Below are positions 19,886-30,248 of a stretch of DNA of 64,000 bases, piece after piece (within the stretch, counting starts at the first letter, position 1; every line of letters starts with the position of its first letter). Location: the NCBI GenBank assembly GCA_023512255.1, contig JAILZY010000009.1, positions 4,011 through 68,010 on the forward strand, in the 5' to 3' direction. The notes under the pieces are model-generated. The model saw only the letters and a list, made by a program, of their open reading frames with translations. It had not been told where the DNA came from and made no database searches. Made by a program: the position numbers and the translations under genes. The stretch is from a bacterium (GTDB taxonomy: Bacteria > SZUA-182 > DTGQ01).

Positions 19886-20042
19886 ACCTCAAAACCCTCC
19901 AGTAAATAAGGCTTCTCTGCCTCCCCACCTTGCGCTTTCCTCATCTGGTGCTTATCTCTCTTCGGTGTTTCCCTCTCTGGTAAATTTTCTATAATTTTTT
20001 TATAATTCGCCTCATCAGCTGTAATTTGCCTCATCAATTTGA

Positions 20043-20738
20043 TTATGACTCCTTTAAGATTTGGCCATCTTTTATATAAATTGTGCGATCTGCATAAGTA
20101 GCTAATTTTTGATCATGAGTAACCATGATAATGGTCATACCACGCTTATGGAGTTCTTTCATAATGTTCATGATCTCAAAACCAGTTTTGCTATCCAGGT
20201 TTCCGGTCGGCTCATCGGCCAGGAGCAGAGAGGGTTGAGCAGCCAAGGCGCGAGCAATAGCCACCCGCTGCTGTTCGCCTCCAGAGAGTTCAGCCGGACG
20301 CCGATGCCCTTTGCCGGTCAGGCCAACCTGATCGAGCATCTGGTTAACAATCGCTTTGCGTTCTGAGGGCTGAATTTGTTGATATACTAGGGGCAGCTCC
20401 ACATTACGCCAGGCTGAAAATCGAGGCAAGAGATTGAAGGATTGAAAGATAAAGCCGAATTCTCGATTGCGAAGATGGGAAAGCTGGTTATCATTGAGCT
20501 GGTTTACATTTTTGCCCCGAAAATAGTAGGTGCCCGATACCCCTGATCGATCAAGGCATCCGATAAGGTTAAGGAGGGTTGTTTTCCCTGAACCCGAAGC
20601 ACCCATAATAATCAGAAATTCGCCCTTTGAAACCACAAGATCAATCTCCTTCAGTATAGGGAAGATTATTCCTGCGCTGCGGTAAACTTTAGAAACTTTT
20701 ATCATTTTGACAAGCACTTCGCTCTCTTTAGGCACCAT
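20043..20738 (-). CDS. MacB/LolD-type ABC ATPase
   Basis: GASGSGKTT, GFIFQSFNLL, LSGGEQQRVAIARAL, ADEPTGNLD, VTHD. Confidence 0.93.
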   Translation of the reverse strand: MVPKESEVLVKMIKVSKVYRSAGIIFPILKEIDLVVSKGEFLIIMGASGSGKTTLLNLIGCLDRSGVSGTYYFRGKNVNQLNDNQLSHLRNREFGFIFQSFNLLPRFSAWRNVELPLVYQQIQPSERKAIVNQMLDQVGLTGKGHRRPAELSGGEQQRVAIARALAAQPSLLLADEPTGNLDSKTGFEIMNIMKELHKRGMTIIMVTHDQKLATYADRTIYIKDGQILKES

Positions 20739-22014
20739 CGGATTCAGAAGTCAAAAGCTTTGCAGGCACGATGCGGAAAATCTTCTGGCCGGCTGATAAG
20801 CCATTTAAAATCTCTGCTAGCTCGCCATTGTTTAAGCCCACACGCACTGGACAGAAACGGGGAGGATCGGACTCGGCCAAATACACACCGCTCACTCCTT
20901 CTTTTTTCACCAGAGCAGAAGTTGGCACCACTAAAACATTTCTCTTCTCTTCTAGGAAGATATCAACCTGTCCAGTCATCCCTAGCCTAAGTGGCGGATT
21001 GAGCTGATTGATCTGACATCTTACTAGGTAAAAGGCCTGTGAGTTTTCCGAGGCCATTGGTGAAATAGAGGCCACATGCCCGGAGAATTGCCGGCCTCCA
21101 AGGGCTGGAATGCATATCTTGCACGGTTGATTTTCTTTAACCCGATAAACATCAAACTCATCCACCTTGACATCGACCGTAAGGATGCTCTGATCTGAGA
21201 TGGTTACAAAGATATCTCCTGCCGACACGGTAGTATTCTTTGAAAATAACTTCTCCAGAGCAGTTCTGGAATCGGAACTAGAACTGCTGCTCTGCCTGAT
21301 GGAAACTACGCCTGAGACAGGGGCTAGAATCTCTCGATGGGCCATAGCCTCTTGGGCCTTTCGAAAATCAATATCAGCAACAATGAATTCCGAGCGAGCC
21401 TTTTCCAGGGCTTTTTCATCTCCCTTGGCTGCTGTTTCCGCAAACTGAGCCTTGGCGACCTCAAGGTCTGACCGAGCCCGCTTAAGGTCGAACTCAGAGC
21501 TATTAAGCTCTTGTTTTGATATAGCCTTAGCCTGATAGAGTTCCAGGTTTTCTTTATACTTTTTTTCCGCCTCTTCGCAGCGGGCCATAGCATAGTCTAG
21601 CTGGGATTTTGAAGAGATATAGGTCGATGAATTATGCCAATCTCTGATCTCAGCTAATCTTTCCTTGGCATTTAGGTACTTGATCCGTGCATTTTCAAGC
21701 TCATACTTAAGATCTTCCTCATTAAGACGAAGGAGCACTTGCCCTTTTTCAACCCAGTCGCCATCTTTGACCAGTCTTTCCTGAACTCGGGCATTGGCCG
21801 TAAAGACAACATCCTCTGAGATTAGGTAGCCGACCTTGCCGGAAAGATGAAGAGTTGAGGAGATGTTTCCAGCGGAAACGGTATAAATATCCTGTTGAGC
21901 CGCCTGATTCGGATTGAAACCCTTCCCCCGGTTGAGCATAATAGTAAGGATTCCAACCCCAGCCAGGGGCACAAGAATAAAAACGGAAAGGATAGATTTA
22001 GAAATCTTGCGCAT
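20728..22014 (-). CDS. Periplasmic adaptor (MacA/HlyD-type membrane fusion protein)
   Basis: N-terminal TM, VKDGDWVEKGQVL, coiled-coil hairpin, APVSGVV, VRVGL..EILNGL. Confidence 0.88.
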   Translation of the reverse strand: MRKISKSILSVFILVPLAGVGILTIMLNRGKGFNPNQAAQQDIYTVSAGNISSTLHLSGKVGYLISEDVVFTANARVQERLVKDGDWVEKGQVLLRLNEEDLKYELENARIKYLNAKERLAEIRDWHNSSTYISSKSQLDYAMARCEEAEKKYKENLELYQAKAISKQELNSSEFDLKRARSDLEVAKAQFAETAAKGDEKALEKARSEFIVADIDFRKAQEAMAHREILAPVSGVVSIRQSSSSSSDSRTALEKLFSKNTTVSAGDIFVTISDQSILTVDVKVDEFDVYRVKENQPCKICIPALGGRQFSGHVASISPMASENSQAFYLVRCQINQLNPPLRLGMTGQVDIFLEEKRNVLVVPTSALVKKEGVSGVYLAESDPPRFCPVRVGLNNGELAEILNGLSAGQKIFRIVPAKLLTSESDGA

Positions 22015-22070
22015 ATAATAACCTTCAGTAATTATTGTTTATAATATTTATTATTTATTATTTTAATATT

Positions 22071-22183
22071 CGCTCTTATTTATTAGCTACCATTGAGAGA
22101 CATAACCCTAATAAAGAGCTAAGCCCATTCGAGGGTTTATGGTGTCTTGATATAGGGTTTATGGTGTCTGATATATAAGAGCG
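22071..22183. mobile_element. MITE, copy 1 (113 bp, CGCTCTTAT terminal inverted repeats, 8-bp TSD)
   Basis: Begins cgctcttat, ends ataagagcg; flanked by TTAATATT at 22063-22070 and 22184-22191; inverted homolog at 38779-38920. Confidence 0.85.
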
Positions 22184-22220
22184 TTAATATTATAATTATC
22201 CTTAATTGCTATTAATTACC

Positions 22221-23684
22221 CTAATTATCCTTTATTAATTGCCCTGTGATTAATTGCCCTGTGGCCGTAACCATGGATCTGCCCAGCGCCTTGTGCACCC
22301 TGATCTTGGAGAGGGTATGGGCGATCAGTGCATCCAGCAGATTCAGCTCTGCGGTCCGCAGGTTATTTCTGGCATCTACCAGCTCTAGATAACTGCTCGA
22401 CCCTAGCGTGTATCGAAGCTCGGTAATCTTCAAGCTTTCCTTGGCCAGCTTGATGTTGTCCTCGGCAATTTGCACCCGCTCCTGGGCATTTTCAAAGTTC
22501 GTTAGCTCTCTTTTGATTTCAAGCTTAATTGAATCTATAGTTTCCTTGATATCGGCTTCGGCTTGCTCAAGATCAATAATGGCCTGAGTTTTCGACTCTC
22601 GAATAACGCCGCCATCAAAGATAAAAAGCGGCAGATTAAGACTTGTGGTTACTGACCAGCTTGGCTCATCAGGCCGCTGATCTATGGCTTCTGATACCCG
22701 AGTGCCTGAAACCTGATACCCCCATCCTGCCGATAAAGACCAGGTAGGCCGATACGGGTCAGAAGTGGATTTTAAAGCAATCCGGGCAGACTCTAGCCTG
22801 AGCCGGGCGATTTCCATCTCAACTCGGCTCTTCAGGGCTTCTCTTTCAGCCTCCTCATAGGTAAAGGTTTCAGGAACATATTTTAATTCAGTTGTGGGCA
22901 CAATCTCAAGCCCATGATCAAGTACCAGGGTATTCAGCAAGGCAGCTAAAGCATTGAGATAATCCCGCTCATCCCTCTTCAAGCTCTGTTTGGCATTGTT
23001 CAATTGGACGGTAGCAGTCATGACATCAACCTCTGGGGCTCTTCCCTTTTCTACTCTAGCTTTGGCGATCCGAAGCTGCTCTTCGGCCATCTTCACCTGG
23101 GCCTGATCAATAGTAATGGTCTGCTGAAGCCGGATAAGTTCGTAGTATTGTTCACAGACGCTGACCACCAGATTCTGACAGGTCGTAATATAGTTAGCCT
23201 TGCTGCTGCTCAGGGAAATTGAAGCCTGCTGGAGAGATCGGTCTATGCTTCCCGACAGATCCAAAGGCAGGCTAAAGTTAACCTCAACCCCACCCCGATA
23301 AGTGTTTTCTACCGAAGGATCCATATTTATTTGATTATATACGCTATAAGAGGTAGAAATATCGCCCGACAGCTTGGGTGAGCAGCCTGCTTTGGCCATC
23401 CGGTAGCTTGATTCGGCACTCAGGAGAGTCCTTTGGGCTGTCTTCAGGTCGCGGTTATTTTTAAAGGCAAGCTTTAGCGCCTCTTCAATCGACAAATGAA
23501 TCTGCCGCTTCGGCAAATCCCCTTTCTCTTGTTGACCAAAGCCCATACCAGGGGATACTAAGAGTAGTATACCTACAAAGAAGATAACTACGGCAGCTAA
23601 TATAGACAGCCACAGGCTGAGAGAAAAACCCTCTATAGCCCTGTCTATAGCCCTTATAGCCCTGTCGATCGGTTTAATCTGCAA
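22221..23684 (-). CDS. tolC: TolC-family outer membrane efflux protein
   Basis: LSIEEALKLAFKNN, LPLFIFDGG, RYTLGSSSYLELVDA; AAGGAGG RBS before TTG start. Confidence 0.85.
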   Translation of the reverse strand: MQIKPIDRAIRAIDRAIEGFSLSLWLSILAAVVIFFVGILLLVSPGMGFGQQEKGDLPKRQIHLSIEEALKLAFKNNRDLKTAQRTLLSAESSYRMAKAGCSPKLSGDISTSYSVYNQINMDPSVENTYRGGVEVNFSLPLDLSGSIDRSLQQASISLSSSKANYITTCQNLVVSVCEQYYELIRLQQTITIDQAQVKMAEEQLRIAKARVEKGRAPEVDVMTATVQLNNAKQSLKRDERDYLNALAALLNTLVLDHGLEIVPTTELKYVPETFTYEEAEREALKSRVEMEIARLRLESARIALKSTSDPYRPTWSLSAGWGYQVSGTRVSEAIDQRPDEPSWSVTTSLNLPLFIFDGGVIRESKTQAIIDLEQAEADIKETIDSIKLEIKRELTNFENAQERVQIAEDNIKLAKESLKITELRYTLGSSSYLELVDARNNLRTAELNLLDALIAHTLSKIRVHKALGRSMVTATGQLITGQLIKDN

Positions 23685-23910
23685 GAATTACCTCCTTGAG
23701 AGGGAGCAAGAATTACCTCTTTCGAGAGACTGCATAGAGAGAATACATAGAGAGACTCTCTAGAGACTGCATAGAAATATACTCTATAGAATAAAATCCA
23801 TAACAGAATAACATCCATAAGGTAGTGAAGTTATTAAGATTAATAAGGTTATATGAATCTAAATTTATTTAGTATTTTACAGTAATTAGTTAAAAATTTT
23901 TATCATTACT

Positions 23911-23939
23911 ATTCTACCAGAAAGAAAATATCAAATCAA
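23911..23939 (-). promoter_or_regulatory. Sigma70-type promoter for the tolC-MFP-ABC operon
   Basis: Minus strand TTGATT-17 nt-TAGAAT. Confidence 0.55.
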
Positions 23940-24188
23940 GCAAATTGTAATAAATTGCATTAATTTTAATTATGGAGATGAAATCAGGAAGCTCTTAGAA
24001 AAAAAGGCTGGACAAATTGCTCTACACTTCCTCCCCTTTTTTTGGCGAGAGAAGGAAGTGGAGAGAGTGATCTTATCAAGGAGCTTTTCCCTCAGGGGGA
24101 AATTTCAAAATATCCCCATTTTATAGCCTCAATTTTACTCGCCTAATTTCAATGGGTTTTCCAGGAAATCTAAAACTCAATGGTATTT

Positions 24189-25364
24189 TCAGCGAGTCGA
24201 AAGTTTCTGTAAGGAGGAGTGCCGCTGATTGGGTTTGACAGCCAGATTGGCTTTGATTGGTAAAACCTGCGGACGCTCCAGTGAGGCTTCTTGAGATGAT
24301 AGCAGCTCGGTAACCTTTTTGGTCTTCAGGTCAATTAGGCAAATAATCCGTTTTTTGTCTTCCTTTCCTTTTCGCCGAGCGAAAATCAGCTTGGTTCCAT
24401 CAGGCCACCAGGCAGGCTGAGCATCATCTGGGCCATCCGTTATCCGCTCAAGCCGCGATCCATCCGGGGTAAAGGTCCAGATGGTTTTAGTATCGGTGAT
24501 CGGATCATGGCCGCGAAAAGCGATCCGATCCCCTTGAGGAGACCAGACCGTCTCATTGACAGCAAAGCCGCCGGGCAGTGGTTTGGTTATGGTCTTGGTT
24601 TTAAGGTCCATGATCTTGGCTGTAGCTATCGGAAAGGCAAGTGGGAAGCCCTCGATCTTGAGCAGTTGGGTTTGGACAAAAGCGATCTTAGAGCCATCCG
24701 GCGACCAGCATGGAGTCAGCTGATCAACGTTGATTTTATCCTGAGTACCTGTGTTGTTTTTATCCTGAGTACCTGTCTGGGTATCTATCTGGGTATCTAA
24801 GATAGAGCGGTTTTGGCCATTTATATCCATAAGGTAAATACGCCAGGACGTATCGGCATTAGGATCTGCCAGCCGGGTACAGAAAGCCAAACGCTTTCCA
24901 TCCGGTGAGCAACTGGGATTACAATCAAGGGCTGAATTGTTTGAGATCTGGGTAACCTTTTTGCTGTCCAAATCCAGTTTGAAGATCTGATACAACACTC
25001 GGCCTGTCTTGGGATCATCCACCGAATCTTCAAAGAAGACGCTCTTTCCATCAGGAGAAAAGCTGGGATTTTGAGCGAAAAAACTGTAGGTCAACTGTTG
25101 GATCTGCCCATCAGATCTGGCAAGATAAAGATTGATAGCCGCTGCGGTTTCGGCCTGGAATACAACCATGCACTCTGGAATGGTCGCATGAGAGACAATC
25201 TTTACGCTTTCCTTTGGCTTGGTAGGGGGGGCCGACCGAGAGACTATGTTTACACCGCTTTCTGGTTCGGCATGGAGTAGATGAAGCGGGGCCAGGGTAA
25301 TTAGCAGGGAGAAAATTATCAGTGAAACGGTCCAACCTATCTTGGAAAATGTATGGCGAAGCAT
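24189..25364 (-). CDS. Secreted TolB-like (PD40) beta-propeller protein
   Basis: Repeated PSFSPDG/PCWSPDG/WSPQG/PAWWPDG; start moved to ATG 25364 behind AAGGAGG. Confidence 0.8.
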   Translation of the reverse strand: MLRHTFSKIGWTVSLIIFSLLITLAPLHLLHAEPESGVNIVSRSAPPTKPKESVKIVSHATIPECMVVFQAETAAAINLYLARSDGQIQQLTYSFFAQNPSFSPDGKSVFFEDSVDDPKTGRVLYQIFKLDLDSKKVTQISNNSALDCNPSCSPDGKRLAFCTRLADPNADTSWRIYLMDINGQNRSILDTQIDTQTGTQDKNNTGTQDKINVDQLTPCWSPDGSKIAFVQTQLLKIEGFPLAFPIATAKIMDLKTKTITKPLPGGFAVNETVWSPQGDRIAFRGHDPITDTKTIWTFTPDGSRLERITDGPDDAQPAWWPDGTKLIFARRKGKEDKKRIICLIDLKTKKVTELLSSQEASLERPQVLPIKANLAVKPNQRHSSLQKLSTR

Positions 25365-25567
25365 GAAAAATTTATCCTCCTTAAAATAATAGAAGAACAA
25401 AGCCAATAATAGAAGAACAAAGCCGAAAGTATCAAATAGAAAGTATTTGATTATGATAATTATTATCTGTCTAATTGTTATCTGTCCAGATTTAAGTTAG
25501 CAGTTAGATATTTAATTAGCAATCAATATCTAATTCAACCAGTACTTAATTCAGCCTCAGAATCAAA

Positions 25568-25605
25568 AGGAGGCGGGAAAGCCTTTCTTTATCTCCCCGC
25601 CTCCT
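25568..25605 (-). terminator. Intrinsic terminator of the beta-helix gene
   Basis: aggaggcggg..cccgcctcct 10-bp stem followed by T run on minus strand. Confidence 0.65.
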
Positions 25606-25645
25606 AAAAATCAGCCCCTTTAAAAATTTTTTAATATAATCTTAA

Positions 25646-27802
25646 TCAATATGGCCAAACCCAGCTCGGATACAGCAGCCACGGCCACATAAGGTTAGAA
25701 TACAGTCGCCCGGCCACACCCGCCATCAAACCCGCCGGATAGAAGGATGGAATAATAGGAGAATAATAAATTGAGATCGGGGCTGGAATAGCAGCCGAAA
25801 CAGGTCCATGGAAGTTGCTTACCCCATGGGTGTCTATATCTTCTAGGCGATAGAAGTAGGTAATCCCAGGTGCGGCTGTGGTATCAACATAGGAATACTC
25901 TGCCTTCAGGGTAGCCCCACCCTCGGATGGGATAATCGCGGCATTGATCTTGGTGTATTCTCCGCTCTCTTTATTGCTGCGCCAGAGGTTGAATCCTGCG
26001 GTGTCGATCTCGCTCAGTGTGGTCCAGGATAGGATGATTTGTCCGCCTCCTGGGGTGGCAGTGAATTGATCTAGTTTAATCACATTAGGTCCTTCAGCCT
26101 CATAAGCCCCCATATCACTTGCCCACTTACCGTCATTATTTCCATCCATTGGCCTGGGTTGAGAATCTTTATCCTCAGCCACCGGCGGATCAAGCCATCT
26201 CGCCAGATCAATGCAAGGAGAGCTAGCGCTTAGGCGGTAGTCACCCAAGTCAGGATCAACAAATTGTGGATCTCTATTGATATTGTGGTCCTCTGGATTA
26301 CCATAGCCACCCTTGACGTCAGAGTAGGTAACATCAAGACCATTGCCAGATATTTCATCTGGCAAATTAAGCCAGATAATACTGTTTTTGACAACTGCAT
26401 TTGATAAGTAATTATAAATTGCTCCACCACTATTGCTGGAGGCGACATTTCCACTCATAGTACAATGGATCAATTCCAGCGGTGCGCTATTATTATAATT
26501 GTAGATTCCACCACCTTCTCCTAACTGAGCCAAGTTGACCGCTAATACACAGTTGGTCAGGGTCATCGGAGATGAACTTTGTTGGCGATAGATCCCGCCG
26601 CCTTGCCCGCTTATAGCCTCATTATCTTTAATAGTACATTTGTCTATGGTGATTATCCCCGCCGTGGAACAATAAATTCCACCACCAGAATTAAGAGCAT
26701 GATTACGTTCGATAGCAGAGGCAGTGGCTTTCAATCTGGCGTTAGTCATGCAGGCAACCCCACCGCCATTAGTGGCCGAGTTGTTATTAATCGTACATTT
26801 GATGAAATGTGGTGCAAAAGAGGAAGCTGCGCAATATATTCCACCACCATAGGATATTAAGGTCCCATTACTATTCTCAGCCGAATTATTATTTATTGTT
26901 GTATCTTTAACTATAGTGGCTTTTGAGGGGAGATCAAAGAAATATATCCCTCCGCCTCGGCCAGAATTTCCACGATTTATTGTATCTGAACTGGCCGTTG
27001 ATGAATTATTACTAACCGTACAATTTCTGATGATCAGTGAAGATTTATCGCTATAAATTCCCCCACCGTTGCCAGTACTGATGCCAGAATCGAATGGATT
27101 AAAGGGATCATCCACAGAGGGTATGGCCCTATTATTAGTAATAGTACAGTTTTCAATGGTCGCTACTGCCCGGAAGCAGGAAATTCCGCCGCCATTGCCA
27201 GCACTGGCTTCATTTCTTCCAACAATGCAGCCAGTAATGATTACTGGTGAAGCATTATATGAACAACAAATTCCACCCCCATCACCAGCCGTAGCTATAT
27301 TATCGCTAATCGTACAGTTGGTAATTTTTGCTGAGGAGTCATTGCAATAAATCCCACCACCATTGGCAGCGCTATTATTTACAATGATACAATTTTTAAT
27401 CTCTGGCGAACACGACCAGCAACTAATTCCTCCCCCATTATCAACACCGGCATTTCCATTTTGGATAGTAAATCCATTAAGTACAGAATCTCCATAAAAA
27501 GTAACTGTGCTTCCCATATTACTACCATTAATAATTGTGGATGCCACTATCATAGGGTTATCGGGATTGGTACTTTGGACTGTTATAGACTTATCGCCCC
27601 AGAAATACACATTCTCAAAATATGTCCCACTGCGAACAATAACTACATCCCTATCAGCGGCATTAAAAATGGCTTGGTTAATAGTTGGGTAGTTATCAGG
27701 TACATAGATAGTGTTTGCTTCCAGCCAAGATACATGGACTACCAATATTACCACCATGATCATGAAAACTAAGGCTATGCTGAGCGTTAATCCTTTTTTC
27801 AT
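25646..27802 (-). CDS. Secreted right-handed beta-helix repeat protein with C-terminal Ig-like module
   Basis: IYVPDNYPTINQAI, many N.A..GGGIYC repeats, DPQFVD..DYRL..SPCID..DMGAYE, SWTTLSEIDTAGFNLWRS..YFYRLEDID. Confidence 0.85.
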   Translation of the reverse strand: MKKGLTLSIALVFMIMVVILVVHVSWLEANTIYVPDNYPTINQAIFNAADRDVVIVRSGTYFENVYFWGDKSITVQSTNPDNPMIVASTIINGSNMGSTVTFYGDSVLNGFTIQNGNAGVDNGGGISCWSCSPEIKNCIIVNNSAANGGGIYCNDSSAKITNCTISDNIATAGDGGGICCSYNASPVIITGCIVGRNEASAGNGGGISCFRAVATIENCTITNNRAIPSVDDPFNPFDSGISTGNGGGIYSDKSSLIIRNCTVSNNSSTASSDTINRGNSGRGGGIYFFDLPSKATIVKDTTINNNSAENSNGTLISYGGGIYCAASSFAPHFIKCTINNNSATNGGGVACMTNARLKATASAIERNHALNSGGGIYCSTAGIITIDKCTIKDNEAISGQGGGIYRQQSSSPMTLTNCVLAVNLAQLGEGGGIYNYNNSAPLELIHCTMSGNVASSNSGGAIYNYLSNAVVKNSIIWLNLPDEISGNGLDVTYSDVKGGYGNPEDHNINRDPQFVDPDLGDYRLSASSPCIDLARWLDPPVAEDKDSQPRPMDGNNDGKWASDMGAYEAEGPNVIKLDQFTATPGGGQIILSWTTLSEIDTAGFNLWRSNKESGEYTKINAAIIPSEGGATLKAEYSYVDTTAAPGITYFYRLEDIDTHGVSNFHGPVSAAIPAPISIYYSPIIPSFYPAGLMAGVAGRLYSNLMWPWLLYPSWVWPY

Positions 27803-28130
27803 GGTCTCTCCTTTTTATTATAATAAATTATATATAAATTAATCCTTATAACAGGTAATTTAACTATAAAAAATATACAAGCAAGCCGGCTTATATTTTT
27901 AAACTCACTCTCATATAGCAGACACCAAAATGGAGAACCGTGAAAGAAAGATTCTGTATTCTCATAACTTCATGAGAGTCTCTCTCTTTTGTTATTCTTT
28001 AAGCATGGCATCTAATAAAATTAAAATGAGAGCGGTTTGAACTTTTTGAACTCTATTTCCGCATATTTTTAACTGGAGTAAAAAATTTTACAATTGAAAC
28101 TACCCACGGGAACTTTATCGACTCAAAAAA

Positions 28131-28185
28131 TGCCCCGGTGTAAGGATAAAAGCGGATTTTATTCTACTTCCTCCCCACCGGGGCA
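28131..28185 (-). terminator. Intrinsic terminator after the small secreted paralog pair
   Basis: tgccccggtg..caccggggca stem followed by T6 on minus strand. Confidence 0.6.
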
Positions 28186-28217
28186 AGTTTATGCATATAG
28201 CAGATTTATCCTAAAGC

Positions 28218-28631
28218 TTAGAAGGTAACCCAAGCCGAATTAGGATATACTGCAATATTGGCTGTACGGGTCCAAGTTTGACCAGGCCAATCTATAGCGG
28301 GGAAACTAACAGGAGCTGAGGTTCCCGTAAACCTGATGTTTACTGTTCCAAATATTGTCATGGTCCAGTCAGCCGTAGCTACTACATTAGTAGCACCTGA
28401 GAAATTCTGGACTACCTTTTTTATTTGATAATATCCATTAGAGTTTGTAGTTGTGCTGCCAAAAATCTGGTTAACCTGAATACTCGCCCCTGGACAGACA
28501 TAAGTATACTCCATAATATTGACTGTACCATTGATAGTAACCGTTCCCTGGACAGGCTGCTGTGCTGCGGCGATTCCTGTCATTACTACTACTGCCAAAA
28601 CCGAAATAATCAAGCTTGCAAACTTCTTCAT
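28218..28631 (-). CDS. Small secreted hypothetical protein (paralog B)
   Basis: MKK signal peptide, AAGGAG RBS; shares Y.CPG, TTTNSNG.Y, SAPV and WP with 28866-29390. Confidence 0.8.
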   Translation of the reverse strand: MKKFASLIISVLAVVVMTGIAAAQQPVQGTVTINGTVNIMEYTYVCPGASIQVNQIFGSTTTNSNGYYQIKKVVQNFSGATNVVATADWTMTIFGTVNIRFTGTSAPVSFPAIDWPGQTWTRTANIAVYPNSAWVTF

Positions 28632-28865
28632 CGTCTTTCTCCTTAAAAATAGTTAATTAACTTTATATAAATAAAAATTAATAAATAATTAATAATTAAT
28701 AATTACATAATACAATGCATGTCCTTACATACTTTAAAAGTTACATCACAACAAAAAGTTACAACGGGCCGTCTCGCTTCAATATTAACACCTCCTTTCT
28801 TTTTTCTTCATAACAGAGAGAGTCTGTCATGAAGAGAGCTTTAAAGATTTTTTAAAAAAACTGAA

Positions 28866-29390
28866 TTAGTTCGAAATCCCTCTTAAAATCCCGTTTGTCG
28901 AAACAGAAGATGAAACAGTATCTATATCTACTACCGATTCTACTACCGGCTTTATTGAAATAAAATCTCCCGGCAGTGGAATATCCGCTATACAGGTATA
29001 GATTGGGCTTGGCCATTGACTTATTGGAGGATAGTAAACAGGCGCTGATTCTCCATGAAAGTGAAGATTGATTTGCATATCGCATGGACGAAAAGGGAAT
29101 TGAAGTGTAAGATCCCAATTCCCTATAGCTACCACCGTAGCACCTGGGAAATCAGGCCCTACCTTCTTTTTTGCTATATAGTCTCCGTTGGAGTTCGTAG
29201 TTGTGGGTTCAAAAAGCTGAGAAAACTTTACGTTCACCCCTGGGCAGGTGTATGCATACTGGGGATGGTTACCAATATATACCTTACCTTTTATAATAGC
29301 TGTTCCTTCAACTGTTTTTATCTGGGCTGTTGCTATTCTTGCTATAGTCAATATCGAAAATAAAATAATTAAGCTTATAAATTTTTTCAT
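28866..29390 (-). CDS. Small secreted hypothetical protein (paralog A)
   Basis: MKK signal peptide; collinear similarity to 28218-28631. Confidence 0.78.
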   Translation of the reverse strand: MKKFISLIILFSILTIARIATAQIKTVEGTAIIKGKVYIGNHPQYAYTCPGVNVKFSQLFEPTTTNSNGDYIAKKKVGPDFPGATVVAIGNWDLTLQFPFRPCDMQINLHFHGESAPVYYPPISQWPSPIYTCIADIPLPGDFISIKPVVESVVDIDTVSSSVSTNGILRGISN

Positions 29391-29612
29391 GGCTTTCTTC
29401 TTTCTTATATTATATTAAGTATAATATTAATAAATTTAAGTTACTTCTATATTTTGTAATTTATTTTAAAATTTTTGATTTTATTTGATTTATATGAAAA
29501 ATAATTTTTAATAAATTTTTTAAAAATTATAGTTTACCTAAATGTAAGTTATTTTAAATTAATAAATTAACATTAATTTATATAGATTACATTCTCTATG
29601 CAAATAATATTT

Positions 29613-29628
29613 TGCAAAATATATGTCA
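29613..29628 (-). promoter_or_regulatory. Degenerate sigma54-like promoter
   Basis: Minus strand TGACATATATTTTGCA: GA in place of GG at -24, correct spacing to TTGCA. Confidence 0.4.
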
Positions 29629-29902
29629 TATATAAATTTTATTTTTTATAAAAATATGATATTTAAAATAATTCATTGTTTTATATTAAACTACTCATCA
29701 TAATTTAGATATCCACTATGTTTTTAAGTAATAATGATAATATTTAATTCTTACTGATATATAGTTTTTTTATTTTTAATAATAAAAAATCAATACAAAT
29801 TTTATATTTACTGATAAAATAATTTAATAGATTTAATTTCAAATAAATTTAAATAATTTATTTATTATATCAATAATAATTAATTAATTTTAAATATTTA
29901 AT

Positions 29903-29941
29903 TATGAAATTTATTTCATATCATATGAAACATATTTCATA
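29903..29941. promoter_or_regulatory. Double palindromic binding site, same architecture as 8789-8827
   Basis: TATGAAA-ttta-TTTCATA-tca-TATGAAA-cata-TTTCATA. Confidence 0.75.
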
Positions 29942-30219
29942 GTGCCTATGGCTACTAAGCTATTCCGTTTTTAAAATTATGAAGATAACTACATTAAATG
30001 AGAATTCCCAAGGTATGCAATGTAATTCACACTGATATAGTCTATGCCCTGCTAGTCAATATCAGGCGCCATGCTAGTAAATAGCTGGCGAAAAGAAGAC
30101 AACGAAAAGAAGGCAAAGGCAAAGTAAGGCAAATAAAATAAAGTCATATATGCCGTCAGACATGCCGCAAGATATAATCCAATAAAAAAGTATTCATGGA
30201 TTCAGGGAAGTATTGATTA

Positions 30220-30248
30220 TTGATTTAGGAGTAAGAGTTAGGTATAAT
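30220..30248 (+). promoter_or_regulatory. Sigma70-type promoter facing the repeat tract and mltG
   Basis: TTGATT-17 nt-TATAAT. Confidence 0.55.
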
